In this document: piece by piece, positions 63,436 to 64,000 of the stretch | Numbering within the stretch: the stretch's first letter is position 1 | Layout: every line of letters starts with the position of its first letter | Made by a program: the position numbers and the translations under genes | NCBI RefSeq assembly: GCF_006345805.1 | Contig: NC_043003.1 | Coordinates: 38,440,001 to 38,504,000, forward strand | Reading direction: 5' to 3' | From: Octopus sinensis | Taxonomy: Eukaryota | DNA: 64,000 bases | The notes under the pieces: generated by a model | The model's input: the letters and a program-made list of their open reading frames with translations, nothing else | What the model was told of the DNA's origin: nothing | Databases searched by the model: none

Positions 63436-63695
63436 ATATGAATGTGACTGATCCTCATCATTATGCTCATGGCCCTAGCTGTCAGACAAAAGTGATTCAG
63501 AGATCAACAACTTCTTGAATGTAATCAAGGTCCTTCATGTTCCCTTTAGTGAGGACATGCTGTTCAGATCAAGATAAAGAAGCATTTTCAGACATTGTGA
63601 AGATGAAAATCTTCACCCAATAAGTCCAGGATAGCATACGGGGACAAATAAAAGAAACAGAACTCAGTATATAAGAGTATATTATGTGTGCGTGT

Positions 63696-64000
63696 GTGTG
63701 CATGGCTGGATGGTTAAGGCGTTTTCTTCCCAACCACATGGTTTCTAGTTCAATCCCACAGTGCAACACCTTGGGCAAGTGTCATCCATTATAGCAATGG
63801 GATGACCAAAGCCTTGCGGGTGGATTCGGTAGACAGAAATTGAAGGAAGCCCATGATATATGAATGTGCATGTGTGCATGGCTGGATGGTTAAGGCATTT
63901 TCTTCCCAACCACATGGCTTCAAGTTCAATCCCACTGTGTAACACCTTGGGCAAGTGTCATCCATTATAGTACTGGGATGACCAAAGCCTTGTGGGTGGA
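63696..64000 (+). repeat. Tandem duplication of a SINE B head, period 176 bp
   Basis: CATGGCTGGATGGTTAAGGC at 63701 and 63877; runs off the window end. Confidence 0.85.

Noticed and set aside
57420-64000. N-terminal SCD exon(s)
   Set aside because: I looked on - for a phase-1 exon with the usual VWRN-type first transmembrane segment and found none convincing (ORFs 58447-58638, 61441-61635 and 63569-63778 do not fit); probably outside the window.

Overview
AT-rich, microsatellite-dense eukaryotic DNA. The SINE families and repeat landscape suggest an octopus (coleoid cephalopod) genome; this is an inference, not a database result. Two convergent spliced genes are supported. (1) A complete 4-exon, 327-aa fold-type II PLP enzyme of the Ser/Thr dehydratase - serine racemase family on + (18381-38244), with several non-canonical active-site residues. 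(2) A stearoyl-CoA (delta-9) desaturase on -, with three exons found (57409-57279, 55474-55269, 53447-53027); its N-terminal exon(s) were not located and probably lie beyond the window end. The rest is transposon debris: Penelope-like, Helitron, mariner/maT, Merlin, pogo-like, R4/Dong-like and RTE LINE fragments, solo-LTR-like elements, hAT and pogo MITEs, four tRNA-derived SINE families, and tandem repeats. Best leads: a 350-bp near-perfect palindrome carrying a minimal hammerhead-ribozyme motif on each strand (40986-41336); a variant hammerhead-like motif present twice; a young inverted SINE pair bracketing the PLP-lysine exon; two atypical codons in that exon that A-to-I editing would convert to family consensus; an RTE 3' end with three C2H2 fingers; and a mariner derivative built from two left ends. 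Most long ORFs in the supplied track are microsatellite artefacts.
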